Source of the DNA: Terriglobales bacterium
GTDB lineage: Bacteria; Acidobacteriota; Terriglobia; Terriglobales; Acidobacteriaceae
Direction: 5' to 3'
NCBI GenBank assembly: GCA_016185365.1
Contig: JACPNP010000028.1
Span: forward strand, 42,454 to 106,453
Length of the DNA: 64,000 bases
In this document: in pieces, positions 20,331 through 28,552 of the stretch
Layout: the number at the start of each line of letters is the position of its first letter
How positions within the stretch are numbered: the stretch's first letter is position 1
Notes under the pieces: generated by a model
Told to the model about the DNA's origin: nothing
Databases searched by the model: none
What the model saw: the letters and a program-made list of their open reading frames with translations, nothing else
Made by a program: the position numbers and the translations under genes

Positions 20331-20728
20331 CAATGTCGAAGACACAGACTGTCATCAGCTGGGTCTGCCGCATCATCGCGGCGGTGATCCTGCTGCAGAC
20401 GCTTTACTTCAAATTCACAGGGGCGCCGGAGTCGGTCTACATCTTCACCAAGATGGGCGCGGAGCCGGCGGGGCGCATCGGCTCAGGTGTGATCGAATTG
20501 ATCGCCTCGCTGCTGATGTTCCTGCCGCGCACGGTCTGGCTGGGAGCCGGTCTGGCTCTGGGCACGATGGCCGGCGCGATCGTCTCCCATCTCACCTTTT
20601 TGGGCATTGAGGTGATGGGCGACAAGGGCGAGCTATTCGCGCTGGCTTGCGTCACTTTTGTTTGCAGTGCGACTGTTTTATTCCTTTACCGGCGGGACAT
20701 CCCCATCCTGGGGGCAAAGCTCACTTGA
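20327..20728 (+). CDS. DoxX-family integral membrane protein
   Basis: 133-aa ORF with four predicted TM segments. The GTG at 20327 overlaps the YHS stop as GTGA; an ATG alternative lies at 20333. Confidence 0.7.
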   Translation: MTMSKTQTVISWVCRIIAAVILLQTLYFKFTGAPESVYIFTKMGAEPAGRIGSGVIELIASLLMFLPRTVWLGAGLALGTMAGAIVSHLTFLGIEVMGDKGELFALACVTFVCSATVLFLYRRDIPILGAKLT

Positions 20729-21246
20729 AAAGCCCTTTGGTGAGTTCGCTGGAGCAGGTGCTGGAGCAGGGTCTTTCCCTGCTCGAACATCTCGGTGACC
20801 GCGATTACGCGATGCGCCTGGCCGTGCCCTATAACGCTTCGATCGGCGCGCATTACCGCCATATTGTGGACCACTTGCTCTGCCTCCAGGGAGGGTTGCA
20901 TGCAGGCCGGGTGGACTATGACCTGCGCGGAAGAGACCCACGCGTGGAGATCGAGCGTGATTACGCACGGTCGGTCACGCGGGGCCTGCGGGATTCATTC
21001 CGCAGTCTTACCGTGAAAGATTGCGACCGCACCCTCGCCGTGTCTTATTCCGTCGGCTACGACCTGAACCGGACGGAGTGGCTCGCCTCCACCGTGGGCC
21101 GCGAACTAGCATTCTGCACCGGTCATGCGATCCACCACTTCGCCATCATCCGTATCCTCTGCTCCCAGCTCGAAGTCGCCGTGCCGGAGCACTTCGGCGT
21201 GGCGCCCTCCACCTTGAAATTCCTCCAGACCACACCCACGAACTAA
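20725..21246 (+). CDS. DinB-family (DinB_2) metal-dependent protein
   Basis: The His triad context is HYRHIVDH ... GHAIHH. The in-frame TTG at 20725 overlaps the DoxX stop as TTGA. The track ORF start at 20647 lies inside the DoxX gene and is unlikely. Confidence 0.65.
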   Translation: MKSPLVSSLEQVLEQGLSLLEHLGDRDYAMRLAVPYNASIGAHYRHIVDHLLCLQGGLHAGRVDYDLRGRDPRVEIERDYARSVTRGLRDSFRSLTVKDCDRTLAVSYSVGYDLNRTEWLASTVGRELAFCTGHAIHHFAIIRILCSQLEVAVPEHFGVAPSTLKFLQTTPTN

Positions 21247-21258
21247 GCCGGAAACCCC

Positions 21259-22899
21259 ATGGGCGAACTGCTCACCAACCCGTTGTCCGGCACGGTGGCC
21301 CTGGCCGTCTCCATCATTCTTGCGACGTTCGTCTCAGAAGACGGCGCAACCGTTCTGGCTGCTTCCCTGGCCGCAGCCGGCATGGCGGACACGCGTGTCG
21401 CCCTGGGCAGCGCATTCGTCGGCATCTGGCTGGGTGACATCGGTCTTTATGGGATCGCACGCGCATTGGGCGACGCTTGCCTCCGCAACTCATTTGCCCG
21501 CCGATTCGTCTCGCCCGATGCACTGACTCGCGCGGAGGTTCGGTTCCGCCAGTCCGGTGGCTACGCGCTGGTCGCCAGCCGCTTCATTCCCGGCACTCGA
21601 CTGCCCACGTATCTTGCTGCCGGGGCGCTGCGCATGCGCTTCCGGTCGTTCGCCCTGGTCACGGCCATGTGCGGCGTAGTGTGGGTCAGCTTGGTCTTTT
21701 TGCTGACGACATTGATCGGCGGACAAGTTCTGTCCCGATTCGTCACTAGCCCATATCACTCCTGGGCCTTGTTTGGATTTGGGGCTATGATTCTGAGCAC
21801 CTTGATCCTCATTGGAAGATTCAGCGCGCGTTTCGGCGGCCGGGTCCGCTTGTTCGTCGAGAAATATCGCCGCTGGGAGTTCTGGCCGATGTGGCTGTTC
21901 TATCCGCCGGTGGTCGTGATGTGCGCCTGGCTGGCGATCAAGTATCGCGGCATTTCATTGCCGACAATAGCGAACCCCTCGCTGCATACCGGCGGCATCA
22001 TCGGCGAGTCGAAGTTTCAATACCTTGCGTCGCTGTCCGAGACCGCGCCGGAGTTCACCGCGGACGCTTATCTGGTCCCGCCCGGAGATCCGGCGACACG
22101 CACGCGGACCTTGCACGACCTGTTCCTGCGCCGAAGACTCTATTTCCCATTCGTGCTCAAGCCCGACATCGCTCAGCGCGGTGACGGATTCAAGCGCATC
22201 GCCTCTTTCGAGGCAGCGGAGAATTATCTGCGCGCTGTCCCGGGCCCGGTTGTGATGCAACGCTATGCCCCCGGTCCCCGCGAAGCCGGCATCTTTTATT
22301 ACCGCTTCCCCGGTGAAGCGCAGGGCCACATCTTTGCCATCACGGAAAAAGAGTTTCCCGTGGTCACTGGCGATGGCGTGCAGACCTTTGAGGAATTAGT
22401 GGACGCCGACTCTCGCGCCGCTCTGATCGCGGAGACCTACCGCGCGCGCTTCCCTCAACTTCAAGGAAGTATCCTGCCTGCCGGAGAAAAACTGCGGCTG
22501 GTGGAAGCCGGCAATCACTGTCAGGGTTGTATTTTCCGCGACGGTATGCACTTGGCCACGGAAGCTTTGCGCGCGCGTATCGACGAGATTTCGCGGCAGC
22601 TTCCCGGGTTTTTCATCGGCCGCTATGACGTGCGCTATGCGTCAGACGACGACCTGCGCGCCGGGCGGGATTTCCAGATCGTCGAACTGAACGGCTCCTC
22701 CGCCGAGGCCACCAGCATTTACGATCCCCGCAACTCGCTGTGGGAGGCGTATCGTACTCTGTATCGGCAGTGGGACCTGGTCTTTGCTATCGGCCAGGCC
22801 AACCGCGATCGTGGCCATCGTCCGTCGTCCGTAGGCGAGGTCTGGCGGGAGTGGCTTGCGTATCGCAGGCAGTCGGTGTTGTACCCTTTGGCGGATTGA
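21259..22899 (+). CDS. Fusion protein: N-terminal DedA/VTT (SNARE-associated) membrane domain + C-terminal ATP-grasp ligase domain
   Basis: 546-aa ORF. The N-terminal roughly 230 aa are polytopic, with FVSEDGATV...GIWLGDIGLYGIAR...ASRFIPGTRLPTY (DedA motifs). The C-terminus has FVLKPDIAQRGDG, VVMQRYAPG and QIVELNGSSAEAT, an ATP-grasp core pattern. Confidence 0.7.
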   Translation: MGELLTNPLSGTVALAVSIILATFVSEDGATVLAASLAAAGMADTRVALGSAFVGIWLGDIGLYGIARALGDACLRNSFARRFVSPDALTRAEVRFRQSGGYALVASRFIPGTRLPTYLAAGALRMRFRSFALVTAMCGVVWVSLVFLLTTLIGGQVLSRFVTSPYHSWALFGFGAMILSTLILIGRFSARFGGRVRLFVEKYRRWEFWPMWLFYPPVVVMCAWLAIKYRGISLPTIANPSLHTGGIIGESKFQYLASLSETAPEFTADAYLVPPGDPATRTRTLHDLFLRRRLYFPFVLKPDIAQRGDGFKRIASFEAAENYLRAVPGPVVMQRYAPGPREAGIFYYRFPGEAQGHIFAITEKEFPVVTGDGVQTFEELVDADSRAALIAETYRARFPQLQGSILPAGEKLRLVEAGNHCQGCIFRDGMHLATEALRARIDEISRQLPGFFIGRYDVRYASDDDLRAGRDFQIVELNGSSAEATSIYDPRNSLWEAYRTLYRQWDLVFAIGQANRDRGHRPSSVGEVWREWLAYRRQSVLYPLAD

Positions 22900-22903
22900 A
22901 GCA

Positions 22904-23650
22904 ATGTGCACGCTCTCCTTCGTTCCGAAAGACGGCGGATATCTGCTCGCCATGAACCGCGACGAGCGCCTGGCACGACAGGCTGCGCTCCCCCCTCATT
23001 TCTTTGGTGAAGCTACATTCCCCATCGTCTATCCCCATGAGCCGGAGGGGGGCACGTGGATCGGCGCCAATGCCGCCGGTGTCGCCTTCGCCTTGCTGAA
23101 TTGGAATATCCCGGCGGACCGCTCGCGTCAGCGCGTCAGTCGCGGGACGTTGATCCCGCTACTTCTGCCTCATGCCGATGCGACGAGTGCCGGCACTTCT
23201 CTCGAAGATCGTGACCTTTCGGGCGTCCTGCCCTTTCGTCTGGTCGGCTTCTTTCCTGGCGCGGGGGAGATCCGCGAGTGGCATTGGGACATGAGCGCTC
23301 TGGCGAGTCACGCGCACAGCTGGATGACGAACCACTGGTTCTCCTCCGGAGCAGGCGACGACCTGGCAGAGTTGCATCGTGGCATGGCGGTCGGCGCGGC
23401 CCAGCAGGATCCATCCGCCGGGTCACTGGATTGGCTGCGCGCGCTGCATCGCTCCCACGCGCCCGCGCGCGGGCCCTTCAGCCTGTGCGCCCATCGCGAG
23501 GACGCGGGTTCGGTGAGCTACACCGAGATCGTCTGCTTGAACGGCACCTTGCAGATGTCCTATCATCCCGGTCCGCCGTGCGAGCGCAGCCCGGGTCACA
23601 CGCTCTCCCTGCGGCTTCGGGCACTCCAGGAGCAACCCACGCATGTATGA
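22904..23650 (+). CDS. NRDE-family protein (DUF833; TANGO2 homologue), putative N-terminal-nucleophile hydrolase
   Basis: The ATG at 22904 gives MCTLSFVPKDGGYLLAMNRDE, i.e. Cys2 plus the eponymous NRDE motif. It starts 5 nt after the previous stop. Confidence 0.75.
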   Translation: MCTLSFVPKDGGYLLAMNRDERLARQAALPPHFFGEATFPIVYPHEPEGGTWIGANAAGVAFALLNWNIPADRSRQRVSRGTLIPLLLPHADATSAGTSLEDRDLSGVLPFRLVGFFPGAGEIREWHWDMSALASHAHSWMTNHWFSSGAGDDLAELHRGMAVGAAQQDPSAGSLDWLRALHRSHAPARGPFSLCAHREDAGSVSYTEIVCLNGTLQMSYHPGPPCERSPGHTLSLRLRALQEQPTHV

Positions 23651-23885
23651 ACTCGTGGTGACGGCCCTTGTCTATGCTTTCGAGGTGTACCTGTTTGCCG
23701 GAGTCGTGTTTTCGATATTTTTCGTCCGAAGTTGGCTAGACCAGCTGGACCCGGTAGCGAAAGGGTCCACCCGCGGCTTCCGGCTCATCATCATTCCAGG
23801 CGCGATAGCGTTGTGGCCCTGGTTGTGGCTTCGTGTGAGGCAACACAAGTCAGTGTCGGCGACAGAAAGCGCTTCCCACGAATGA
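23643..23885 (+). CDS. Small two-TM membrane protein (80 aa), unknown function
   Basis: The ORF overlaps the NRDE stop by 8 nt and has two hydrophobic segments (ALVYAFEVYLFAGVVFSIFF and LIIIPGAIALWPWLWL). Confidence 0.55.
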   Translation: MYELVVTALVYAFEVYLFAGVVFSIFFVRSWLDQLDPVAKGSTRGFRLIIIPGAIALWPWLWLRVRQHKSVSATESASHE

Positions 23886-23980
23886 TCCGCCCCCTTCGTC
23901 GTATTCACCGCTGGGTCTGGTTCGCTCTCGCGGTCATTCTGCCGGTGATCTTCATCGCGGCGCTGGTGGTGCGCTCATGA
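23882..23980 (+). CDS. Micro-ORF, 32-aa single-TM peptide (MIRPLRRIHRWVWFALAVILPVIFIAALVVRS)
   Basis: Below the ORF-track size cutoff. ATGA overlaps occur at both ends: with the 80-aa gene stop at 23883-23885 and with the next gene's ATG at 23977. It has a positive N-terminus followed by a TM helix. Confidence 0.5.
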   Translation: MIRPLRRIHRWVWFALAVILPVIFIAALVVRS

Positions 23981-25029
23981 GCGTGAGCTACCAGGCTGTC
24001 GGGTGGAACCGCCAGAAGAAGATCTATGATTTCGTGCTGGTAAGCGGGATCATCTGCTATTTGCTCGTGTTTGTAGCACTGGGCGGATACCGTCATCGCA
24101 ATGCCACGATCGAGACGCTCCTGATCCGCGGATTCGGCACGGCCGCATTGCTGCTTTTGCATATCGTACTTTGCATCGGGCCGCTCAGCCGGATCAACCG
24201 CAAGTTCCTTCCGCTGCTTTACAACCGGCGCCATCTCGGCGTAGCGACTTTCATTCTGGGACTGGCGCACGGCACGTTTGCGCTCATCCAGTTCCACAGC
24301 CAGGGCGAATTGAATCCGCTGGTCTCGTTGTTCGTCAGCAACACCCGGTTCGACAGTCTCTCGCAGTTCCCTTTCCAGCCGCTTGGCTTCTTCGCCCTCA
24401 TCATCCTGTTTCTCATGGCCGGCACCAGCCATGACTTCTGGTTGCACAACCTCTCACCGGTCATTTGGAAGCGGCTGCATATGCTGGTGTACGTGGCATA
24501 CGCGCTTCTGATCGCACACGTCAGCCTTGGAGTTCTTCAAGCGGAAACGAGCCCGGTCCTCGCGACTGTGTTGGGACTCGGACTCGCTATCGTCATCCTG
24601 CTGCATTTGGCCGCAGCCGTGCTTGAGCATCCGGCGGACCGGGATAAAGTCTCCGCCCGCGAAGATGGTTTCGTTGAGGTAGGCGAAGCAGCCAGCATTC
24701 CGGAGAACCGAGCGCGTGTCGTTTGCCTCTCCGGGGAGCGTGTCGCGGTCTTCCGCTACGGTGACAAGATCTCCGCCGTCTCCAACGTCTGCCGGCACCA
24801 GAACGGTCCGCTGGGCGAAGGAAAGATCATTGACGGCTGCATCACGTGTCCGTGGCACGGCTATCAATATCTGCCCGACAGCGGTACGTCGCCGCCGCCA
24901 TTCACCGAAAAGGTCGAGACCTATGCTGTGCGAGTCGAAGGCGGCAAAGTGTTCGTGCATCCGCGGGCAAATCCGCCGGGCACGCGCGTGGAGCCGGCCC
25001 GTATCCCCGTCGGGGAGGCCGTATCATGA
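23977..25029 (+). CDS. Fusion protein: ferric-reductase-like (FRD/YedZ-type, di-haem) transmembrane domain + C-terminal Rieske [2Fe-2S] domain
   Basis: 350-aa ORF with six TM segments and His pairs (RRHLGVATFILGLAHG and RLHMLVYVAYALLIAHV). The C-terminal CRHQNGPL...CPWHGYQY is a Rieske CxH...CxxH motif. Confidence 0.75.
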   Translation: MSVSYQAVGWNRQKKIYDFVLVSGIICYLLVFVALGGYRHRNATIETLLIRGFGTAALLLLHIVLCIGPLSRINRKFLPLLYNRRHLGVATFILGLAHGTFALIQFHSQGELNPLVSLFVSNTRFDSLSQFPFQPLGFFALIILFLMAGTSHDFWLHNLSPVIWKRLHMLVYVAYALLIAHVSLGVLQAETSPVLATVLGLGLAIVILLHLAAAVLEHPADRDKVSAREDGFVEVGEAASIPENRARVVCLSGERVAVFRYGDKISAVSNVCRHQNGPLGEGKIIDGCITCPWHGYQYLPDSGTSPPPFTEKVETYAVRVEGGKVFVHPRANPPGTRVEPARIPVGEAVS

Positions 25030-25763
25030 GCGACTTCTATGTGGGCTATCAGCCGGAAGCGCCGCGGCATCTTGCCCGGTTCATCTTCCGGCTCGTCGTA
25101 GTGATCGCGGTGATCACGTGCGCGATCGATGTGGCTCTGGTCACGGGCCAGCGCGAGTTCCCCGCCGCCGGTTTCGATTACGACAATCCGCAGACGTATC
25201 GCGGCACCATCGTCGAGCAGCCGGTCCCGACTTTTCTCATGACGATCCCCGGCGCGACCGTCAGCACGCCGACCATCAAATCCTATCTGTTGGTCGCACC
25301 GGGCAAGCATGGCGCCGGGCCCCTGGTCGCCGGTTTCGACGGCCGGCAGGTGGAGTTCATGGGCAAACTGATCTACCGCAGCAATGGGACCATGCTTGAG
25401 GTCGTGCCCGGTTCGATCAAAGCGATCAAGCCATCGAAGCTCACGCCGACTGTTACTGACCTCGGCACGGTCACACTCACGGGTGAGATCGTGGATACCA
25501 AGTGCTACCTGGGTGTGATGAATCCCGGCCAGGGCAAGCCCCATCGCGACTGCGCTTCTCTGTGCCTCCGCGGCGGCATCCCGGCAGGCTTGGCCGTTTA
25601 CAAAGGCAAGGGCAAGACCGATCTCTACCTCTTGTTGGACACCACTGGCAAGCCCATCGGTCGTGACCTTTTGCGACATGCGGGAGAAAAAATCTCAATG
25701 GTGGGGTTCGCCAGTAGGATCGGCGATCAGCTTTATCTGAAAGTGACTTCGGAAGGTGAGTAG
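25026..25763 (+). CDS. N-terminally anchored hypothetical protein with conserved Cys cluster
   Basis: The ATG at 25026 overlaps the previous stop as ATGA. A TM anchor (FIFRLVVVIAVITCAIDVALV) is followed by a soluble domain with TKCYLGVMNPGQGKPHRDCASLCLRGG. I recognise no family. Confidence 0.55.
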   Translation: MSDFYVGYQPEAPRHLARFIFRLVVVIAVITCAIDVALVTGQREFPAAGFDYDNPQTYRGTIVEQPVPTFLMTIPGATVSTPTIKSYLLVAPGKHGAGPLVAGFDGRQVEFMGKLIYRSNGTMLEVVPGSIKAIKPSKLTPTVTDLGTVTLTGEIVDTKCYLGVMNPGQGKPHRDCASLCLRGGIPAGLAVYKGKGKTDLYLLLDTTGKPIGRDLLRHAGEKISMVGFASRIGDQLYLKVTSEGE

Positions 25764-25788
25764 CGCCAAGAATCGCGTTCCTGCAGGC

Positions 25789-26100
25789 AAAGAAATGGCT
25801 CCTCAGGTAGGACTCGAACTTGAGGCGTCTGGCGGGCGTGAAGCCGAGCGCAGCGAGGCTGTGAGCCCGCCGCCGAAATCCTGAGCGACCCCGAGCGAAG
25901 CGAGGGGAGTCGAAGGACCTCTTTAGTTCTGGCGATGTTGGGGAAAAGAAATGGCTCCTCAGGTAGGACTCGAACTTGAGGCGTCTGGCGGGCGTGAAGC
26001 CGAGCGCAGCGAGGCTGTGAGCCCGCCGCCGAAATCCCGAGTGAGAGGCCGGAGGCCGAATCGAGGGACCCCTTGAGCAATTTGTTTAGGGGAAAAGAAA
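25789..26100. repeat. Two tandem ~150-bp units, each starting with the tRNA-Asn trailer plus the last 24 nt of tRNA-Asn (att-like fragments)
   Basis: TGGCTCCTCAGGTAGGACTCGAAC occurs at 25796-25819 and 25952-25975, and again as the true tRNA 3' end at 26101-26124. The two units are identical over about 93 bp (25789-25881 versus 25945-26037) and then diverge into REP-like sequence. Confidence 0.85.
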
Positions 26101-26176
<76 letters not shown>

Positions 26177-26321
26177 TGTCGCGAAACAAGTTGTACTTCT
26201 ACTTTAGCATGGGTGATTCGTTCCCGTAAATCATCCCATGAGGATGGTGACACCCGTTGCCAGCCGCCGCCAGAGCATCTAATCTGTAAGGTCGCCAACC
26301 CATACACATGAGGTTTCCTGC

Positions 26322-28466
26322 ATGACCGGAGTCGCCCGCGTGCTCACGCTCTCCTTCTTCCTGCCGCTTTTTGTAGCGGCCGTTTTCGCCGCTGATCCCG
26401 CCAGTGACGCCACCACCTCCCCTGCTTATCCACCCAAGACCAAGGCTCAGCCGGTACAGGAAACGTTGCACGGCACCACCATCACGGATCCCTATCGCTG
26501 GCTGGAGAACGGCGCCGATCCGGAGACCCAGCATTGGACCGCGGAGCAGTTTGCCCTCACGCGCTCCATGCTCGCGGCGCAGCCGTCGCACGGTGTGGTC
26601 CATGCGCGGCTGAACGAGTTGTTGAACATCGGCACGGTGGGCACCCCCAGCGTGAACGCCGACTATTACTTCTATACGCGGCGTGAATCCGGACAGAACC
26701 AGCCGATCCTTTATGTGCGGGAAGGCATCGGCGGCACGGACCGCGAGCTGGTCAATGCCAACACCATGTCCGCCGACGGCACGGTCGCGCTTGACTGGTG
26801 GTATGCCTCCGAGGACGGCAAGTATGTGGCCTTCGGCACCTCGCCCGGCGGTTCCGAGATCAGCACGCTGCGACTGGTCGAGACCGCGACCGGCAAGCTG
26901 CTGGACGAGAAGATCGACCGCTGCCGAGCTGCCTCCATGGCCTGGCTGCCGGACAACTCCGGCTTCTACTACACCAAGCTGCCCCGTCCCGGTGACGTCG
27001 CCCCCGGGCAGGAGCTTTACAACCGCCACGTGTTCTTTCACCAGATCGGCACCAATCTTGACGGTTTGAAAGACGAGCTGGTCTTCGGCGAAGGCCGCAG
27101 CCCGCAGGAGTGGCCCGGCGTCGATGTCTCGGACGACGGCCGCTGGCTGCTCGTTTCCGCCGGCGTCACCTTCGAGCGCGTGGACCTGTTCCTGAAGGAC
27201 CGCAAGAGCGGCGGCGATTTCAAGATGATCGTCGGCGGCAAGGACTTCACCTACAACGCCGAGATCTATCAGAACAACATGTACGTCCAGACCAACGAAG
27301 GCGCGCCCAAGTTCCGCGTCTTCAAGGTCAGCATGGACAACCCCGCGCGTGAGAACTGGAAGGAGCTGCTGCCCGAGTCCGAAGGCGTGCTGAAGGGCAC
27401 GCGCATCGTGGGCGGCAAGCTGGTGGCCGAATACGAGAAAGACGCCAACTCGCGACTCAAGCTCTATTCGCTCGATGGCAAGTTCCTGCGCGACATCCCT
27501 CTGCCGTCCCTGGGCAACGTGACCGGACTGGGTGGCAGCAAGAAAGGTTCCACCGTTTTCTACGGCTTCAACTCCTACACCACCCCGCCTTCGGTCTACG
27601 ACTTCGATCTCGAAACTGAGAAAAGCAATGCCTGGGCCAAAGTGGCGTCAAACATCGATCCGTCGCTTTACGAAGTGAAGCAGGTCTTCTACCCCTCGAA
27701 AGACGGCACTAAGGTCCCGATGTTCATCGTTTACAAAAAGGGGATGAAGCTCACCGGCAAGACGCCGACGCTGCTCTTCGGCTACGGCGGCTTCAATATC
27801 TCCCACACACCCACGTTCTACCCCTGGCTGCATCTGTGGCTGGAGCACGGCGGGATCTTTGCAGACGCCAATCTGCGCGGCGGAAGCGAGTATGGCGAGG
27901 AATGGCACAAGGCCGGCATGTTGGAGAAGAAGCAGAACGTCTTCGATGATTACATCGCCGCCGCCGAATATCTGCTGGCGCAGAAATACACCGACCGCGA
28001 CCACCTCGGCATCTACGGCCGCTCCAACGGAGGTCTGCTGACCGGCGCGGCCCTCACCCAGCGCCCGGACCTGTTCCGCGCCGTGATCTGCGGCGTGCCC
28101 TTGCTGGACATGCTGCGCTACCAGCAGTTCCAGATCGCTAGGCTGTGGATCCCCGAGTACGGCACCGCGGAGAATCCTGACCAGTTCAAGTTCATCTACG
28201 CCTACTCTCCCTATCACCATGTGAAGAAGACGCAGTATCCCGGCATCCTCTTCTTCGCGTCGGAAGGCGATACGCGCGTGGACCCGCTGCATGCGCGCAA
28301 GATGACGGCTCTGCTACAAGCCAGCGCCACCAACGGTCCGGACCGGCCCATCCTGCTGCGCATCGAACCGAAAGCCGGACACGGCGCGGGCAAGCCGGTC
28401 AGCATTCAGGTGGCCGAATGGGCGGACATCTTCACGTTCCTGTTCTGGCAGCTGGGAGTGAAATAG
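26322..28466 (+). CDS. Prolyl oligopeptidase (S9A family), secreted
   Basis: 714-aa ORF with a signal peptide. It has YPPKTKAQPVQETLHGTTITDPYRWLE (typical POP N-terminus), the catalytic GRSNGGLL serine motif, and a C-terminal D...H. Confidence 0.9.
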   Translation: MTGVARVLTLSFFLPLFVAAVFAADPASDATTSPAYPPKTKAQPVQETLHGTTITDPYRWLENGADPETQHWTAEQFALTRSMLAAQPSHGVVHARLNELLNIGTVGTPSVNADYYFYTRRESGQNQPILYVREGIGGTDRELVNANTMSADGTVALDWWYASEDGKYVAFGTSPGGSEISTLRLVETATGKLLDEKIDRCRAASMAWLPDNSGFYYTKLPRPGDVAPGQELYNRHVFFHQIGTNLDGLKDELVFGEGRSPQEWPGVDVSDDGRWLLVSAGVTFERVDLFLKDRKSGGDFKMIVGGKDFTYNAEIYQNNMYVQTNEGAPKFRVFKVSMDNPARENWKELLPESEGVLKGTRIVGGKLVAEYEKDANSRLKLYSLDGKFLRDIPLPSLGNVTGLGGSKKGSTVFYGFNSYTTPPSVYDFDLETEKSNAWAKVASNIDPSLYEVKQVFYPSKDGTKVPMFIVYKKGMKLTGKTPTLLFGYGGFNISHTPTFYPWLHLWLEHGGIFADANLRGGSEYGEEWHKAGMLEKKQNVFDDYIAAAEYLLAQKYTDRDHLGIYGRSNGGLLTGAALTQRPDLFRAVICGVPLLDMLRYQQFQIARLWIPEYGTAENPDQFKFIYAYSPYHHVKKTQYPGILFFASEGDTRVDPLHARKMTALLQASATNGPDRPILLRIEPKAGHGAGKPVSIQVAEWADIFTFLFWQLGVK

Positions 28467-28473
28467 ATTGAAT

Positions 28474-28523
28474 TGTCATTCCGAGCGAGGGACTTCAGTC
28501 CCGAGTCGAGGAATCCCTTTGTA
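28474..28523. repeat. 50-bp REP-like hairpin repeat (TTGTCATTCCGAGCGAGGGACTTCAGTCCCGAGTCGAGGAATCCCTTTGT), copy 1
   Basis: A second copy at 33518-33567 differs only at two positions that pair in the hairpin (GGGAC/GTCCC versus GGGGC/GCCCC). This copy lies between convergent genes. Confidence 0.85.
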
Positions 28524-28552
28524 CACGTGCGCCAGTCACACACCTTAGGTTT

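Noticed and set aside
25733-26080. 115-aa minus-strand ORF with an internally repeated sequence (SAAGSQPRCARLHARQTPQVRVLPEEPF twice).
   Set aside because: It is a read-through translation of the two tandem tRNA-3'-fragment repeat units, not a gene.
25789-26100. Possible CRISPR array.
   Set aside because: There are only two to three copies. The period is about 150 bp. The repeated part is longer than the variable part, and the repeat is a tRNA 3' end. No cas genes are present in the window.
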